64,000 nucleotides of DNA, from the NCBI GenBank assembly GCA_963804995.1, contig CAWDSK010000003.1, positions 1,184,001 through 1,248,000 of the forward strand. Direction: 5' to 3'. How positions within the stretch are numbered: position 1 is the stretch's first letter; the number at the start of each line of letters is the position of its first letter. This document shows, in pieces, positions 41,453-52,759 of this stretch. The notes below the pieces were generated by a model that was not told where the DNA came from, ran no database searches, and saw only the letters and a list, made by a program, of their open reading frames with translations. The translations under genes and the position numbers were made by a program. The stretch comes from an uncultured Acidobacteriota bacterium (lineage in GTDB: Bacteria > Acidobacteriota > Terriglobia > UBA7540).

Positions 41453-41900
41453 TTCAGGGCGGCCAGTGAACAGCGCATCAGAGGAATCCGTCTGCCGACG
41501 AATTCCTCCGGGGCATTTCGCTCTTCCTTATTCAACCCTACACCGACGTTCTCCATATCCAATGCTGCGGGCCTGGGAAAGAAGGTGCATGCTACAACCT
41601 GCAACCGGGCCATGCCTTCCGCGGTCCGCGCTACCGTATTGGACCTTGAATTAAGAGGCGCTTGGGTATACACTATTTGCTGGGCTAAAACTTAAAACGA
41701 AATTCCGGGGCAAACTTTCAGGTTGACACCCTTGGCTCCGTTCACTCTGTACGCACTGGGATGATAGAAGCCCAAAAGCAATTCTCACCTTACCCGCGCC
41801 GCGTCAAGGAAGAGCGAGCGCGTGAAAAGCAAACTCCTATCAGTATTGATCGGCAGCGGCGCCGTGAGATCTTGGGGCCGCGCCGGAGAGAGGAATCGCC

Positions 41901-43542
41901 ATGACTCAGTCAGCAACCTCGCCCCAACTCCTTTTTGAGCCGCCCGGGCCAGGACCGTGGGAGCAAGACCCCGTGCACTTCCCACGCCCAATGACGCGCT
42001 ACTTCCAGGAGACCCATCCGCCCGCCATCAAGCGCGGCTCCAACGACTTCGCCCGCTTCTACGGGATGATCATCGACGGCCTCCAGACCGGCTACGTGAA
42101 CGGCTTCGCCTACAACCAGGTGCTGCCGGCTCCGGACGCCGAAATCCCCGAGCGCTTCAAGCGCGCTGAACAAGTCTTCGTGCAGAAGCTCTGGCGGGAG
42201 CAGCTTCGCGACTGGGACGAGAACCAGAAACCATCTTCCATTGCCACGCACCGGAAGTTGCAGGCCATCAATCCGGACGTGCTCTCCGACGCGGAGCTGG
42301 TGGCCTATTTGACGCGCTGCCGCGACCACCATTCGGCCATGGCCGCCCAGCACATGCGCTTCACCGCTGGCGCCGTGATCCCCACCGGGGACTTCCTCGC
42401 CCACGTTGGGGACTGGACGGGCCTGCCGCCATCCGAGCTGCTGGGCCTGATGCGCGGTTCGGCAGTGGTATCCTCGGGTGGCTCCGACGAGATGGAGCGC
42501 CTGAAGAGGGCGTTTGCCCAGGACCCCGCGGCTCGCGAGTTGCTCGCCTCCGACGGCGACCCCGCCCAGGTGCTGGCGCGTCTGCGTTCCCTCGGGGGCG
42601 AAGCCGGCGCGGCGGTCTCCGGCTACCTCGACTTGGTCGGCAACCGCCTTATCGACGGCTTCGACATCGCGGAGCCCTCGGCGCTCGAATTGCCGGACGC
42701 ACTCCTCCGGGCCATTCGTATCGCCGTTTCCGGAGAAGCCCAAGCCGCCTCGGACGTTGATGCCCGCATTGCCGCAGTCCGCGCCCAGGTCCCCGCAGCG
42801 CACCAGGCCGAGTTCGACGAACTGCTCGGTGAGGCCCGCCTCACCTACCGCCTGCGCGACGAGCGTGGCGTCTTCAGCGACATCTGGGCCTCGGGCCTCA
42901 TGCGGCGCGCCGCTCTGGCGGCGGGCCGGCGGGTCGCCGGTCGCGGCCGCATCGCGACCCCTCAGCATATGCTGGACGCCAGCCTCGACGAGATGTGCGC
43001 GCTGGTCGCCGGCAGCGGTGGCCCGTCCGCGGACGATCTCGCCCGGCGCGCCCAATACCGCGCCACCCACACCGCCAAAGACGTTCCCGCCCACTCTTGG
43101 CCCGCCCAAACCGCCCCCGCCGGACCTCGCGGAGCTGCCCCCCGCGGTCGGCCGCCTGATGCGCGCGACTTTCATCGCCTTGGGCCACCTCTTCGGGAGC
43201 TCCCAGGCGCAGAACGAAGAAAAGGTCCTCTTCGGGCTGGCAGCAAGCAAGGGCGTCTACCAAGGGCCCGCGCGCCGCGTCTCCGGCCCCACCGAGTTCG
43301 GCCGGATCGCCAAGGGCGACGTGCTAGTCACCGAGTCGACGACCGAGGCCTTCAACATCCTCCTCCCGCTCCTGGGCGGGATCGTCACCGACAACGGCGG
43401 CCTGCTTTCGCATGCCGCGATCGTCGCGCGCGAGTACGGCATTCCCGGCGTGGTCGGGACGCGCGAGGCGACCGAACGCATCGCCGACGGCGTCCTGATC
43501 CGCGTGGATGGGGATGCGGGCGAAGTCACGGTGCTCGGATGA
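41901..43542 (+). CDS. PEP-synthase-family subunit with a helical substrate domain and a phosphohistidine swivel domain, +1 frameshift near 43085
   Basis: N-terminal W..D.VHFPRP. The C-terminal GLAASKG...GDVLV...GGLLSHAAIVAREYGIPGVVG...VDG..G.V lies in ORF 42514-43542. GGAGAGAGGA SD. Confidence 0.8.
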
Positions 43543-44792
43543 AAAAGGTTGTCCCCTTCGCGAAGGCGCTCGAGACGGCGCTTTACGGGTCGAAGGCCGT
43601 CGGCCTCGGCGAGGCCGCGCGCCACGGCCTCCCGGTCCCGCCCGGCGTAGCGCTCTCGGGCGACTTGGTCGAGGCCGTCGCCTCGGGGGAGTACCAAGCC
43701 ATTGCAAAGGTGGCGAAGGCCATCGCCGCCTTGCCGACCCCGTTCGCCGTCCGGTCCTCCGCCGTCGACGAAGACGGGGCGTCGGCGAGCTTCGCCGGCC
43801 AGCACATCACCCTGCTCAACATCCATTCGCCGGCCGATGTCCCCGGAGCGGTCCGCGAAGTCTGGTGGTCTGCGAACTCGGACTCAGCCATCACCTACCG
43901 CCAGCGTGTCGGCATGTTCACCCGGCCGAGCGTCGGCGTCGTCGTCCAGACGCTCCTCAACCCCACCGCCGCCGGGGTCATGTTCACCGAGAACCCGGTC
44001 AGCGGCGCCGATGAGCGCCTGATCGAAGCGAGTTGGGGCCTCGGGGAAGCCGTGGTCGCCGGTCTCGTCGTGCCGGACCACTTCCGCCTTGACCGCTCCG
44101 GTCAAGTGCTGGAGCGCAAGGTCGGGCGCAAGCGCATCGCGATCCGCCCGCTCCCGAATGGGGGCACCTTCGAGCAGCCCGTGCCACCCGCGCAGGTGAA
44201 TCAGCTCTGCCTTGACGACGCCCAGCTCGCGGCCTTGGGCGAGCTCGCCCTCGAGTGCGAGAAGGCCTACGGCCCGCGGCGCGACATCGAATGGGCGTAC
44301 CAGGATGGGAAGCTCTACCTCCTCCAGTGCCGCGCCATCACCACCGGCAAGGCGCCCAGCGACGCACCACCGCCCGGCCCGCCCCCGCGCGACCCCGTGG
44401 CCGCCCTCCAGCGCGTCGGGCTCTTTGCCGATATGAACCGGAGGCAGACCGAGCAAATCGTCCGCCTGCTCAAGGAGCGCCACTTCGCGAAGGGCGAGAC
44501 CGTCATCATGGAGGGCTCCGGAGGCGCCGCCTTCTTCCTCATCGACTCCGGGGAGGCCACGGTCTCGAGCAAAGGCGTCCACCTCGCCACCCTCGGCCCG
44601 GGCGACTATTTCGGTGAGATCGCCCTCATCGACGGCGGCCCCCGCTCGGCCACGGTGACCGCTGCGACCGACCTCGCTTGCTACGGGCTCACGTTCTGGG
44701 AGTTTCGCCCCCTGGTCGAAGGGAACGGCGGCATCGCATGGAAGCTCTTGCAAGCGCTGGCGAAACGGTTGCGCGCCGCCGACCCGAAGTGA
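43539..44792 (+). CDS. PPDK_N/PEP-synthase ATP-grasp subunit fused to a C-terminal cyclic-nucleotide-binding domain
   Basis: ATGA overlap at 43539-43542. ATP-grasp motifs GSKA, VRSSAVDED...SFAGQH, GLGEAVV, DIEWA, LQCRAIT. cNMP cassette GDYFGEIALIDGGPRSATVTA. Confidence 0.85.
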   Translation: MKKVVPFAKALETALYGSKAVGLGEAARHGLPVPPGVALSGDLVEAVASGEYQAIAKVAKAIAALPTPFAVRSSAVDEDGASASFAGQHITLLNIHSPADVPGAVREVWWSANSDSAITYRQRVGMFTRPSVGVVVQTLLNPTAAGVMFTENPVSGADERLIEASWGLGEAVVAGLVVPDHFRLDRSGQVLERKVGRKRIAIRPLPNGGTFEQPVPPAQVNQLCLDDAQLAALGELALECEKAYGPRRDIEWAYQDGKLYLLQCRAITTGKAPSDAPPPGPPPRDPVAALQRVGLFADMNRRQTEQIVRLLKERHFAKGETVIMEGSGGAAFFLIDSGEATVSSKGVHLATLGPGDYFGEIALIDGGPRSATVTAATDLACYGLTFWEFRPLVEGNGGIAWKLLQALAKRLRAADPK

Positions 44793-45370
44793 ATATCCCC
44801 ATACTCCCAAGGCTTTAGTAATCGTCGAGGGCCGACTGGCACAGAGCGCAGCTCTGTGACTCATCCGTGTCGTTCCCAATATCGTAGAGTCTTACTCTGC
44901 GCGAGCCAGGCGTAAGGGGCGGGTGAAGCGGGACACTACGGATTTTTCTGCTCTGAGCAGTTCCTTGACAAAAAGCATGTTAGAATACCTCCGCCGTTTC
45001 GGCAATTACGCGGTGCGTCACCTTTCTGAAAAAGGAAAGGCCCCGCTCCGCCGTTGTGATCCGCGGCATCTAGCGGGGCAGGAAGGTACCCGCCGTCGCC
45101 GCTTGACCGGTTGCTGTTATAGAAAGGGATGCCGTAAGGAAAGTCGAAGTGTTGGTTGTTGCCAAGGGCAACGGATTCAATTCGCATCCAGGCGGAGATA
45201 TCCTTCACTTCTCAGCCACTCAGGGCAACAGGCTTCATCCCCTTTAGGGCCAGTAACAAGGTAGAGTCAAGGACCCCCAAGGGTTTCTAGTGTTGACGGG
45301 CCAATGAAGTTGTGTGATTTCAAAAGTCGAAGGCGGCTAGTTAAACCCGCCTCTCCACCTGGAGATTCTA

Positions 45371-45733
45371 ATGCCAAAAAAGTTGTTCGTGGGTAATCTC
45401 CCACACGAAGTGACGGATGCCCAACTCCAAGAGTTCGTTAGTACGGCTGGCTTTCAGGCCACCTCAGCCGTAGTCATTCGCGATAAGATGACGGGCCAAT
45501 CGCGAGGCTTCGGATTTATTGAGCTGGCAGAGGGCGAGGATATGGACCGAGCCATTGCTGGCCTCAACGGGCAATCGCTCGAAGGCCGGCGGCTGACCGT
45601 GAACGAAGCACGTCCACCGCGCAGCGACTTCGGCGGACGTCCCCACTCCGGCGGCGGAGGTGGCGGCGGGGGCCGTCACCGCGGCGGGGGAGGACGGCCC
45701 GGCGGGGGTTGTCGCCGAGACGAATCCTACTAA
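45371..45733 (+). CDS. RRM RNA-binding protein with glycine-rich tail
   Basis: RNP2 KLFVGNL, RNP1 RGFGFIEL, L.VNEARP and a Gly/Arg tail. GGAG SD. Confidence 0.92.
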   Translation: MPKKLFVGNLPHEVTDAQLQEFVSTAGFQATSAVVIRDKMTGQSRGFGFIELAEGEDMDRAIAGLNGQSLEGRRLTVNEARPPRSDFGGRPHSGGGGGGGGRHRGGGGRPGGGCRRDESY

Positions 45734-45881
45734 AGCGATCCGGATCTACAGCGAGGGAGCCGCCCATGGCGCGGACGCGTCGTGCCATGGGCCGAGGAAT
45801 TAGCTCCCGGTCAGGGTGGAGATTGCCGCCGCACGTTGCGCACGCTTCTTCCTTGCGCCGTTGTTTGCTCGTTAGCCAGAC

Positions 45882-48858
45882 CTATTCCGACCCCACCAAC
45901 CGCCGGTAAACGTACCGCACCTGTTGTTGTGTGTCGCTGAGCAGGCGGGCCAGTGTCTGCCCCTCGGGAACCAGATTCCACCGGCGCGCTACGCTTTCCA
46001 CGGCTTCAGCGTGCCCAAGATGTTCGGGCAACCCCTGGGGGGCTTTCCCGGTCACAAGGCGAATAATGTGGTCCACTGACCGCAGGAATCCGGCGCCGGC
46101 CGTAAGGGTGCGTGCATCCTCCGGTGCGATGTTACCCGCCGCACGCAAGGCCTCGATTTGTTCCGCCATATTGGCTCCAGGCAAGGCCTCTACCCGGTTT
46201 CGCAGGCGCAAGTAGGAGACGGCATAATCCACGTCGTAATATCCGCCAGGCGCCGTCTTAGTATTGCTGCTGGGAACCACCACTTCCCTTTCCAGCCGCC
46301 GCCGCATCTGGTGGAGCTCACCCTCAAAGTCATGGTAAGTGGCCAAGCGTTCGTGTATAGCCACTTGGAGACGATCCGTTGCCTCCCGCCCGAGGTCAAG
46401 ATTCCCCGCCAGTGGAAAGGCCTTCAGATAGGTGAGCAATTCCCAGGCCTTGGCGTTTTCCTTGAGGTAGTTCGAAAGCGTCTCAACACTGACCACCAAT
46501 TCGCCTTCCTGCCCGCGCGGCCTTAGGCGTGTATCCACGGCGAAGAGTGCGCCATCGCGCGTGTAACTGGAAAGAACCTCGATCGTTTTCTCAGCCACGC
46601 GCGTCCAGTGCTCCAACCTTTCTCTTCCGGCCTGGGACTCCGCCACGAAAACCAAGTCAGCGTCTGAGGCCAGGTCAAACTCATTCAGTCCCAAGCGGCC
46701 CATGGCCAAGACCACGAAGGGGCAATCGGCAAGGCCACACGGATTCGCTTCCTGGCTCAAGGCGTTTTGCGCGATGACCAAAGCGCTGGAGATGGAGCGC
46801 GCGGCATTGGCCGACCAACGCTGCAACATCGCAAACGCCGAGCCGTTGCCCACCAGATCCGCCGTGCCCAACCCCAGAACTCGCGCGCGGTAATGGCGGC
46901 GCAGCAGGGCCATCTTTTCGCGCAGCTCCATCCTCCGGTCCGCGGCCCAGGAATGAGATTCTGAGGCCGTCCCGCGCTCAAGCCCAATCTCTAATTGCGC
47001 CCCGGTCGCACCCTCGGGCGGCGCTGGCCGGGCGGCATCCAGAAATTCCAGGTCCTCAGGATGATGGACCAGGAGTTCCGTCAGGTAGTCGCTCAAGCCT
47101 GCCACTTCGATGGCGAGCCGCAAACACTCCGGCTTGGCGCGCGCCAGTGCGAAGCGCTCTGATGAGCTGACAATCGCCGCCAGCAAGCGTGTCGCATTCT
47201 TCCGGGCGCGGCCCGGCAATCCCACTTCCCTCACCAGTCGCGCCACTTCCGGAGCCTGGACTTCCAGAAAGTTCAGGAGCGAATCAAAGGAAACGTGCCC
47301 GGGGTCCGGCAGGAGAGCCGGAACCGGCTTCAGTTCGAAAGACCTTCCGGCCGCGGTGGGGCTACGGGGGTGAATAACATGCTGGTAAATCTCATCGACA
47401 CACGCGAGGGCTTGGCGAACTTCGCGCTCAAGGGCTTCACCCGGACGCTCTTCTGGTCCCGGCTCCGCACCCACCCGGCGCGCCAGCCGGTTCGAGCGCC
47501 TGGGGGTCGGTGGGCAACCGGTGCGACTGCTGCCCCACCTCCATCTGCACTCGGTGCTCAACCTTGCGCAGAAACTCGTAGGCAGTAGTCAGCGCGGCGT
47601 AATCCCGATCAGAGAGCAACCCCTTGTCGTTAAGTTTCCGCAGGGCGAAGAGCGTTCCTCCGGACCGCACCCAGTGGTCCTGTAAGCCATGCAGGCGTTG
47701 CAGGCATTGCACCAGAAACTCGATGTCGCGGATGCCGCCGCGGTGGCGCTTCACATCAATCGCGTGTCCGCGGCTCTCCCGCAGTTTCTTGGAGATCCTC
47801 TCGCGCGCCCAAAGAACGCTCTCCACGGCCACAAAATCCCCGGGCGAACGGTAAACGTATTCCTCGACACCGCGCAGGAAATCGCGCGTCAGCTTCACTT
47901 CGCCGGCGGAGTAGCGCGCCTTGATCAGCATCTGCAATTCCCAGTCACGCGCTCGGTGCTCGTAGTACTCCAGCGCCGAGTTCAAGGAAATGGCCAGATC
48001 GCCCTGGTCGCCTTCCGGCCGCAGACGCAAGTCCACACGAAAAACCTGCCCTTGCGGCGTGGCCTGAGTTATGGTGCGCGTGATGGCATGCGCCAGGTGA
48101 ACGAAGTATTCTTTGTTACTGATCGCGGACTCTCTCTCGCTGCCCCCGGCCGTCTCTCCGTCATGGGAATAGAGAAAGAGCAGGTCGATATCGGAATTGT
48201 AGTTCAGTTCGTTTCCGCCCAGTTTTCCGAGCGAGATGATGCTGAAGCCGGCGCGCACAATGCGGCCCTGCGCATCCCGGTATTGCGGCTGGCCATAGCG
48301 CTTTTCCAGTTCGCGGTCACAATAAAGGTAGGCATTGGTAAGGATGACATCGGCAAGCGTCGAAAGCTCCAGAGTGGTCTCGCCCAGCGTCGAAAGGCCG
48401 AGCACATCTTTCAGCACAATACGCAAGTAATTCCGCCGCTTGAAACGCGCCAGCATGGCCGCCTGCCAGGGGTCCGGATTGGTGGTTGAAAAGCGCGCGA
48501 AGTCCTGCATCAAGTCTTCTTTGGATTTCAACTTGGCAAAATTCCGGTCACGCGCGAACTGCACCACCAGATCAGACTCTGACAGCAGGGTCTCCGCCAG
48601 ATATCCGCTGTACCCAAAGATGGCGATGAGATAGGAAAGTGCGGCAGGGTGGCGCGCCAACTCACCCAAAACGCGCGGCGGTGCGCCCTGCGCATAGCGC
48701 TCCAAAAGGTTCAAAGCGCCGTCGGGGTCGGGAGACTGGGAAAGCAATGAAGCCAGTGGCGCGAAGAGCGTGGGCGCCAGTTGCTGCTCCAAGCGCTCCA
48801 AATTGCCGGCGGCCTTGGCGGATTCCTCAAATGGTATTACCGCGAACTCCGTTCGCAT
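45882..48858 (-). CDS. glnE: Glutamine synthetase adenylyltransferase/removase GlnE, +1 frameshift at about 47492
   Basis: Two nucleotidyltransferase halves (GKLGGNELNYNSDIDL...VDLRLRPEG and GRLG..E...SDADL...VDTRLRPRG). The frames join on removing one base. Confidence 0.85.
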
Positions 48859-49206
48859 TCGGAGGATTATAGCTCGTATTGGGGAAAGCCTGCGGTCAGT
48901 TGTCGATTGCCCGTTCAGCGCGACAGGACGACCAGCAGTGTCTGGTAGCCATCCACCAGCAGACCTTCATAACCGTGCGGCGTTCCATCCCAGGCTTTTC
49001 AATCGTACGTCATGCCGCTCGCGCCGAAGCCCTGGAATCCACCTTTTTCAAACCCCTCGAGCGATGGGAAACAGCATCGCGTCGGCCTCCTTGCGCCGCC
49101 CCAATTGATACAGCGCTTGCAAAATGCTGTGGCGGCCAGGAAAAGGGCGGGAATTAAAGTTCGGAAAAACTTGGGCATGGATCGTCCTCCAAGGCAGGGG
49201 TTACGC

Positions 49207-51183
49207 TTATTGGTCAGCCAATTCCTCTTCGGCGGCAGCCACTCCAGCCTCATGGCGAGCCACGGATTTCTTACGAAGCTCCTGCGAGGCGGCAAGGGCT
49301 TGCGCGGCCAGCTCCGGCTTTCCCAATTGGCGATAGGCCATGGACAGCAGGTAATGCAGGTCGCCCTTATCGTCCGTGGAAGCTGCTTTCTCAAGCTCAG
49401 GCACGGCGCTGGCCGGCTTTCCGACCCGCATATAGGCGCGTCCCAGGGCGGCGCGAGCTGGTAGGAATCCAGGATCAAACCGCAACGCCTCCTGGAAATA
49501 CTCGATGCTCTTGGGCACCTCGCGGCTTTGGAAACTCACACGCCCCAGCAGGTAAAGACTGAGCGTGCGCGTGGGATCAATTTCGAGCGCTCGCTCGATT
49601 TCCGCTTTCCCGGCGGCCACATTTTTATCGAGCAGGTAAGCGTTGCCGAGCTGTTCATGCAGTTCGGCGGAGTCAGGATGCGCCTTGAGTGCTGTCTGGA
49701 ATTCTGCAATCGTTTTTTTGTAATCGAACCGGGATTGGTAGTATTCCCCTTGAATCTGGTGAACGCGCCAGGAATCCGGAGCCACTTCCACCATATGGTT
49801 CAAGCACGCGAGGGCAAGACGCTGGTAGGACCGTATGAGCCAGTAGCTGGATTGCGCATTCGCGGGGTCACGATTCAGGGCTTCTGCAAAAGCTGCGGCC
49901 GCTGCCGGCTCGTCGCCCAGGGCCAATCGTGCTTTGCCTAAAACGATGTCCTGTTCGGGAGTTCGCGATTTCTGCGCCTGAATAAGCTGGGCACATTCCG
50001 CGTAGCGATGCGCCGCGCAGGCGGCTCCGATGGTTTCAGCGCGACTCCCCATTTTATTTTGTGTCGCGCTCCAGGCCTGCAGGCTGGGCAACAACTTCGA
50101 CCATTGCTGCGTGGCCGGCTCGCTTTGGCCAGCCGCCCGATAGATACTGGCGAGCAAGAATTCCCGGGCGGGGGAATCGGGGGCAGAAGCAAGATCCCAC
50201 GCCAGGGTGGTGAGTTTCGGGGTGTCAATCTTTACCGCAGGGAAGTTGGTTTGGCTTTCCAGAAAGGGCGGGAAAACTTCCCAGATCTTCGTCACATTCT
50301 CGAGGGCAAGAGTGGTGGCGCCATTTCCCAGAGCCGTCGCTGCCAGCCCCAAGTGGGCCTCTTCACTTTTGGGGTCACGTCGCAATTCGGCGCGATACTC
50401 CGCCTCGGCGTCTTCCAGCTTGCCCTGTCGCAGGAGCATGTCACCCAAAGCGGCATGCAATCCAGGGATCTTATCATCCAGGCCCAGGGCACGACGGTAT
50501 TGCGCGGCGGCGTCCACCCACTTTTGATCCTCGACCATCACATCGCCGGTCAGCCTCGCCTCCCAGGGCGTGCCCGCGAACTTTTTTGAATTTTCATCGC
50601 CCAACTGCTTGGCCATCGCCAGGTAACTCTGGCCGAGGCCATACCAGCCTTCGACGGGGTCAGCACTTGAGGCAAAAAGTTTCAGATAAACTTCCGTTGC
50701 GTCGTGGTAATTGTCCCGGTCCAAGTAGCTCGCGGCCAGCGTCCGAAGCGCTTCCTGATTCGCGGGATCCTGACGCAAGACTTCTTCGAGGGGCGGGATA
50801 GCTTTCGCCGGAAGTCCCAGCTTCCGGTAGGCCATGCCCAGAAACAGGTTGGCAGCCACCAGGTGCGGCTGTTGTTGCCGCGCTTTCTCCAGCTCCAGGG
50901 ACGCTTGCTGGTACTGCCCTGCCAGGTAATAGTCCAGACCCAGGTTGACGCGCGCCTCGGTAAGATTCGGCCTGAGCCGCAAAACTTCCCGGTACTCCCG
51001 GATGGCGCGGCCGGTCTGGCCGGCACGCGTGGCTTCCTGGCCGGCGCTAAAATGCGCGGCAACTTCGCTGTCGAGGGATTCACTGCTGGGGTTAGATTGT
51101 GCTGAGGCTCGCTCCGGGTTCAAGGCACAAACCGCGATACTTGAAAGAGCCAATACCATTGAGAATATTATGCAAGTTCTCAT
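49207..51183 (-). CDS. Secreted tetratricopeptide-repeat protein
   Basis: Signal peptide followed by many TPR motifs (A...LG..Y...G....A). Confidence 0.8.
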   Translation of the reverse strand: MRTCIIFSMVLALSSIAVCALNPERASAQSNPSSESLDSEVAAHFSAGQEATRAGQTGRAIREYREVLRLRPNLTEARVNLGLDYYLAGQYQQASLELEKARQQQPHLVAANLFLGMAYRKLGLPAKAIPPLEEVLRQDPANQEALRTLAASYLDRDNYHDATEVYLKLFASSADPVEGWYGLGQSYLAMAKQLGDENSKKFAGTPWEARLTGDVMVEDQKWVDAAAQYRRALGLDDKIPGLHAALGDMLLRQGKLEDAEAEYRAELRRDPKSEEAHLGLAATALGNGATTLALENVTKIWEVFPPFLESQTNFPAVKIDTPKLTTLAWDLASAPDSPAREFLLASIYRAAGQSEPATQQWSKLLPSLQAWSATQNKMGSRAETIGAACAAHRYAECAQLIQAQKSRTPEQDIVLGKARLALGDEPAAAAAFAEALNRDPANAQSSYWLIRSYQRLALACLNHMVEVAPDSWRVHQIQGEYYQSRFDYKKTIAEFQTALKAHPDSAELHEQLGNAYLLDKNVAAGKAEIERALEIDPTRTLSLYLLGRVSFQSREVPKSIEYFQEALRFDPGFLPARAALGRAYMRVGKPASAVPELEKAASTDDKGDLHYLLSMAYRQLGKPELAAQALAASQELRKKSVARHEAGVAAAEEELADQ

Positions 51184-51332
51184 CAGACTCCAAAGCACAT
51201 TTCGATTCTAGGGTTCCCTGAACACGAGTGTCAAGGCAGCGAAGATACCTCCACTCAAGGAGCGGGGGGCACCCCAAAGCTTGGCCACATTATGCTCTAT
51301 GCGGCAAAGCATGACCTGCGGCTCCGCCGCTT

Positions 51333-51404
51333 GCTGTCCGCCAGATCGTCGGCAAACGGCTGACCTATGCCGAACTTACTGGCAAGAAAGATCCGCAAGC
51401 GTGA
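51333..51404 (+). pseudogene. Relic C-terminus of an IS1595-family transposase
   Basis: Translates as AVRQIVGKRLTYAELTGKKDPQA*, matching the GKRLTY.EL C-terminal pattern I recall for IS1595/ISXO2-like transposases. No intact upstream frame. Confidence 0.5.
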
Positions 51405-51683
51405 AAGCCCCCGTACCGCAAACCATCCCGAGGAAAGCGGCAAACTGGGCAATGTCCAGAAATTCCCAAAAATAATCTCCTCCACCTGGAGAATTTATCC
51501 GATAGAGCTTGTGAGATGAGCGAATGACCCTAACACGCTGCTCTCGAAACGATTGTCCACAAGCTATTGTGTGCCGACTTATGCACAGCAACAATAGGTT
51601 GCGATCTTGTCTTGACAAACCTAACGTACTTAGAATATTCTCCGACCAGGTTAGAACCACACATTTAACAAGGGACGCGAATA

Positions 51684-52757
51684 ATGAAGAATAATCCCTT
51701 ACCGCGATTGGATGAACGGCCCGATATCCGGCAAGTGCTGCTACCACATTGTCGGCTCGGTCCTGGCGATCTTTGGACTGACCCGATTTCCGGTCACAGG
51801 GTAGGTTGTCTGGACGCGGCTAATCCTGATGATGTTGCGAAGCTCATGGACGGCAATAGAGCAGTACTAGCTATTCATGACCCCCCCTATAACCTTGTCG
51901 CATTCAAAGAAAGAAGCGTCCAAGAATTTATTGCGTGGTGCAAGCAGTGGGTATGCAACACATTGGAATGGACGGTTCCAGATGCTTCACTCTACATCTG
52001 GCTTGGTGCAGATCAAAAGGATGGTTTCCAGCCGTTGCCTGACTTCATGATTATGATGCGGTCGCTTCCGGTGAGTACGCGCAGCTTCATTACCATGAGA
52101 AATCAACGCGGTTATGGAACGCAGAAGAATTGGATGGCCGTCCGGCAGGAGTTACTCTACTACACGAAAGGGAATCCGTTTTTCAATGTAGAAGCCGAAT
52201 ACACAGACATCCCCAAGATTCTTCGTGGGTACTACAAGAAAGTCAATGGCACAATCACCGAAAACATGGAGCGGAGCAAATCTGAGAATATTCGGGCGGG
52301 CAACGTCTGGGTAGATATTCAGCAAGTGTTCTACCGCATGGAAGAAAATGTTAGTGGTTGCTATGCACAAAAGCCGTTGAAGTGTATTGACCGAATCGTA
52401 AGAGCGTCATCGAACGCCGGGCAGTTAGTTGTTGATTTCTTTGCTCACACAGGGACTACTCTCTTGTCTTGTGAGATTGCCAAGCGGCGTTCTTTTACTT
52501 TAGACACAGACCCCATATTCTGCGAGATGGCAATCCGGCGGCTTGAACATTACCGAACAACTGGTCACTTAGGTTGGCAGAATGGCCATGCTTTCGAGAA
52601 TGATATTCAGGTACAGTTTGAATCGTTTCCCCAAGAGGCAGCAAACGTAGAGGTCTTAACGACAAACCCTAGCGAACCAATAACTAACCCTGTTGGCAGA
52701 CGACGCGGAAGGCCACCGAAAACGATATCCACTTTCAATCAAGCAGGTCTTTTCTAG
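51684..52757 (+). CDS. Site-specific DNA methyltransferase (N4C/N6A, beta class)
   Basis: Motif IV DPPY precedes QKP and motif I DFFAHTGTT. Confidence 0.85.
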   Translation: MKNNPLPRLDERPDIRQVLLPHCRLGPGDLWTDPISGHRVGCLDAANPDDVAKLMDGNRAVLAIHDPPYNLVAFKERSVQEFIAWCKQWVCNTLEWTVPDASLYIWLGADQKDGFQPLPDFMIMMRSLPVSTRSFITMRNQRGYGTQKNWMAVRQELLYYTKGNPFFNVEAEYTDIPKILRGYYKKVNGTITENMERSKSENIRAGNVWVDIQQVFYRMEENVSGCYAQKPLKCIDRIVRASSNAGQLVVDFFAHTGTTLLSCEIAKRRSFTLDTDPIFCEMAIRRLEHYRTTGHLGWQNGHAFENDIQVQFESFPQEAANVEVLTTNPSEPITNPVGRRRGRPPKTISTFNQAGLF

Positions 52758-52759
52758 TT

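Noticed and set aside
41700..41900. Rifamycin-associated element upstream of the phosphotransferase
   Set aside because: No matching inverted repeat was seen, so there is no support for calling the pair a rifamycin resistance enzyme.
41901..44792. A single 963-aa three-domain protein, as given in the ORF track
   Set aside because: The middle segment (from about 43085 to 43538) is out-of-frame nonsense. The His-swivel domain is in another frame and ends at an ATGA overlap, so these are two genes joined by a +1 error.
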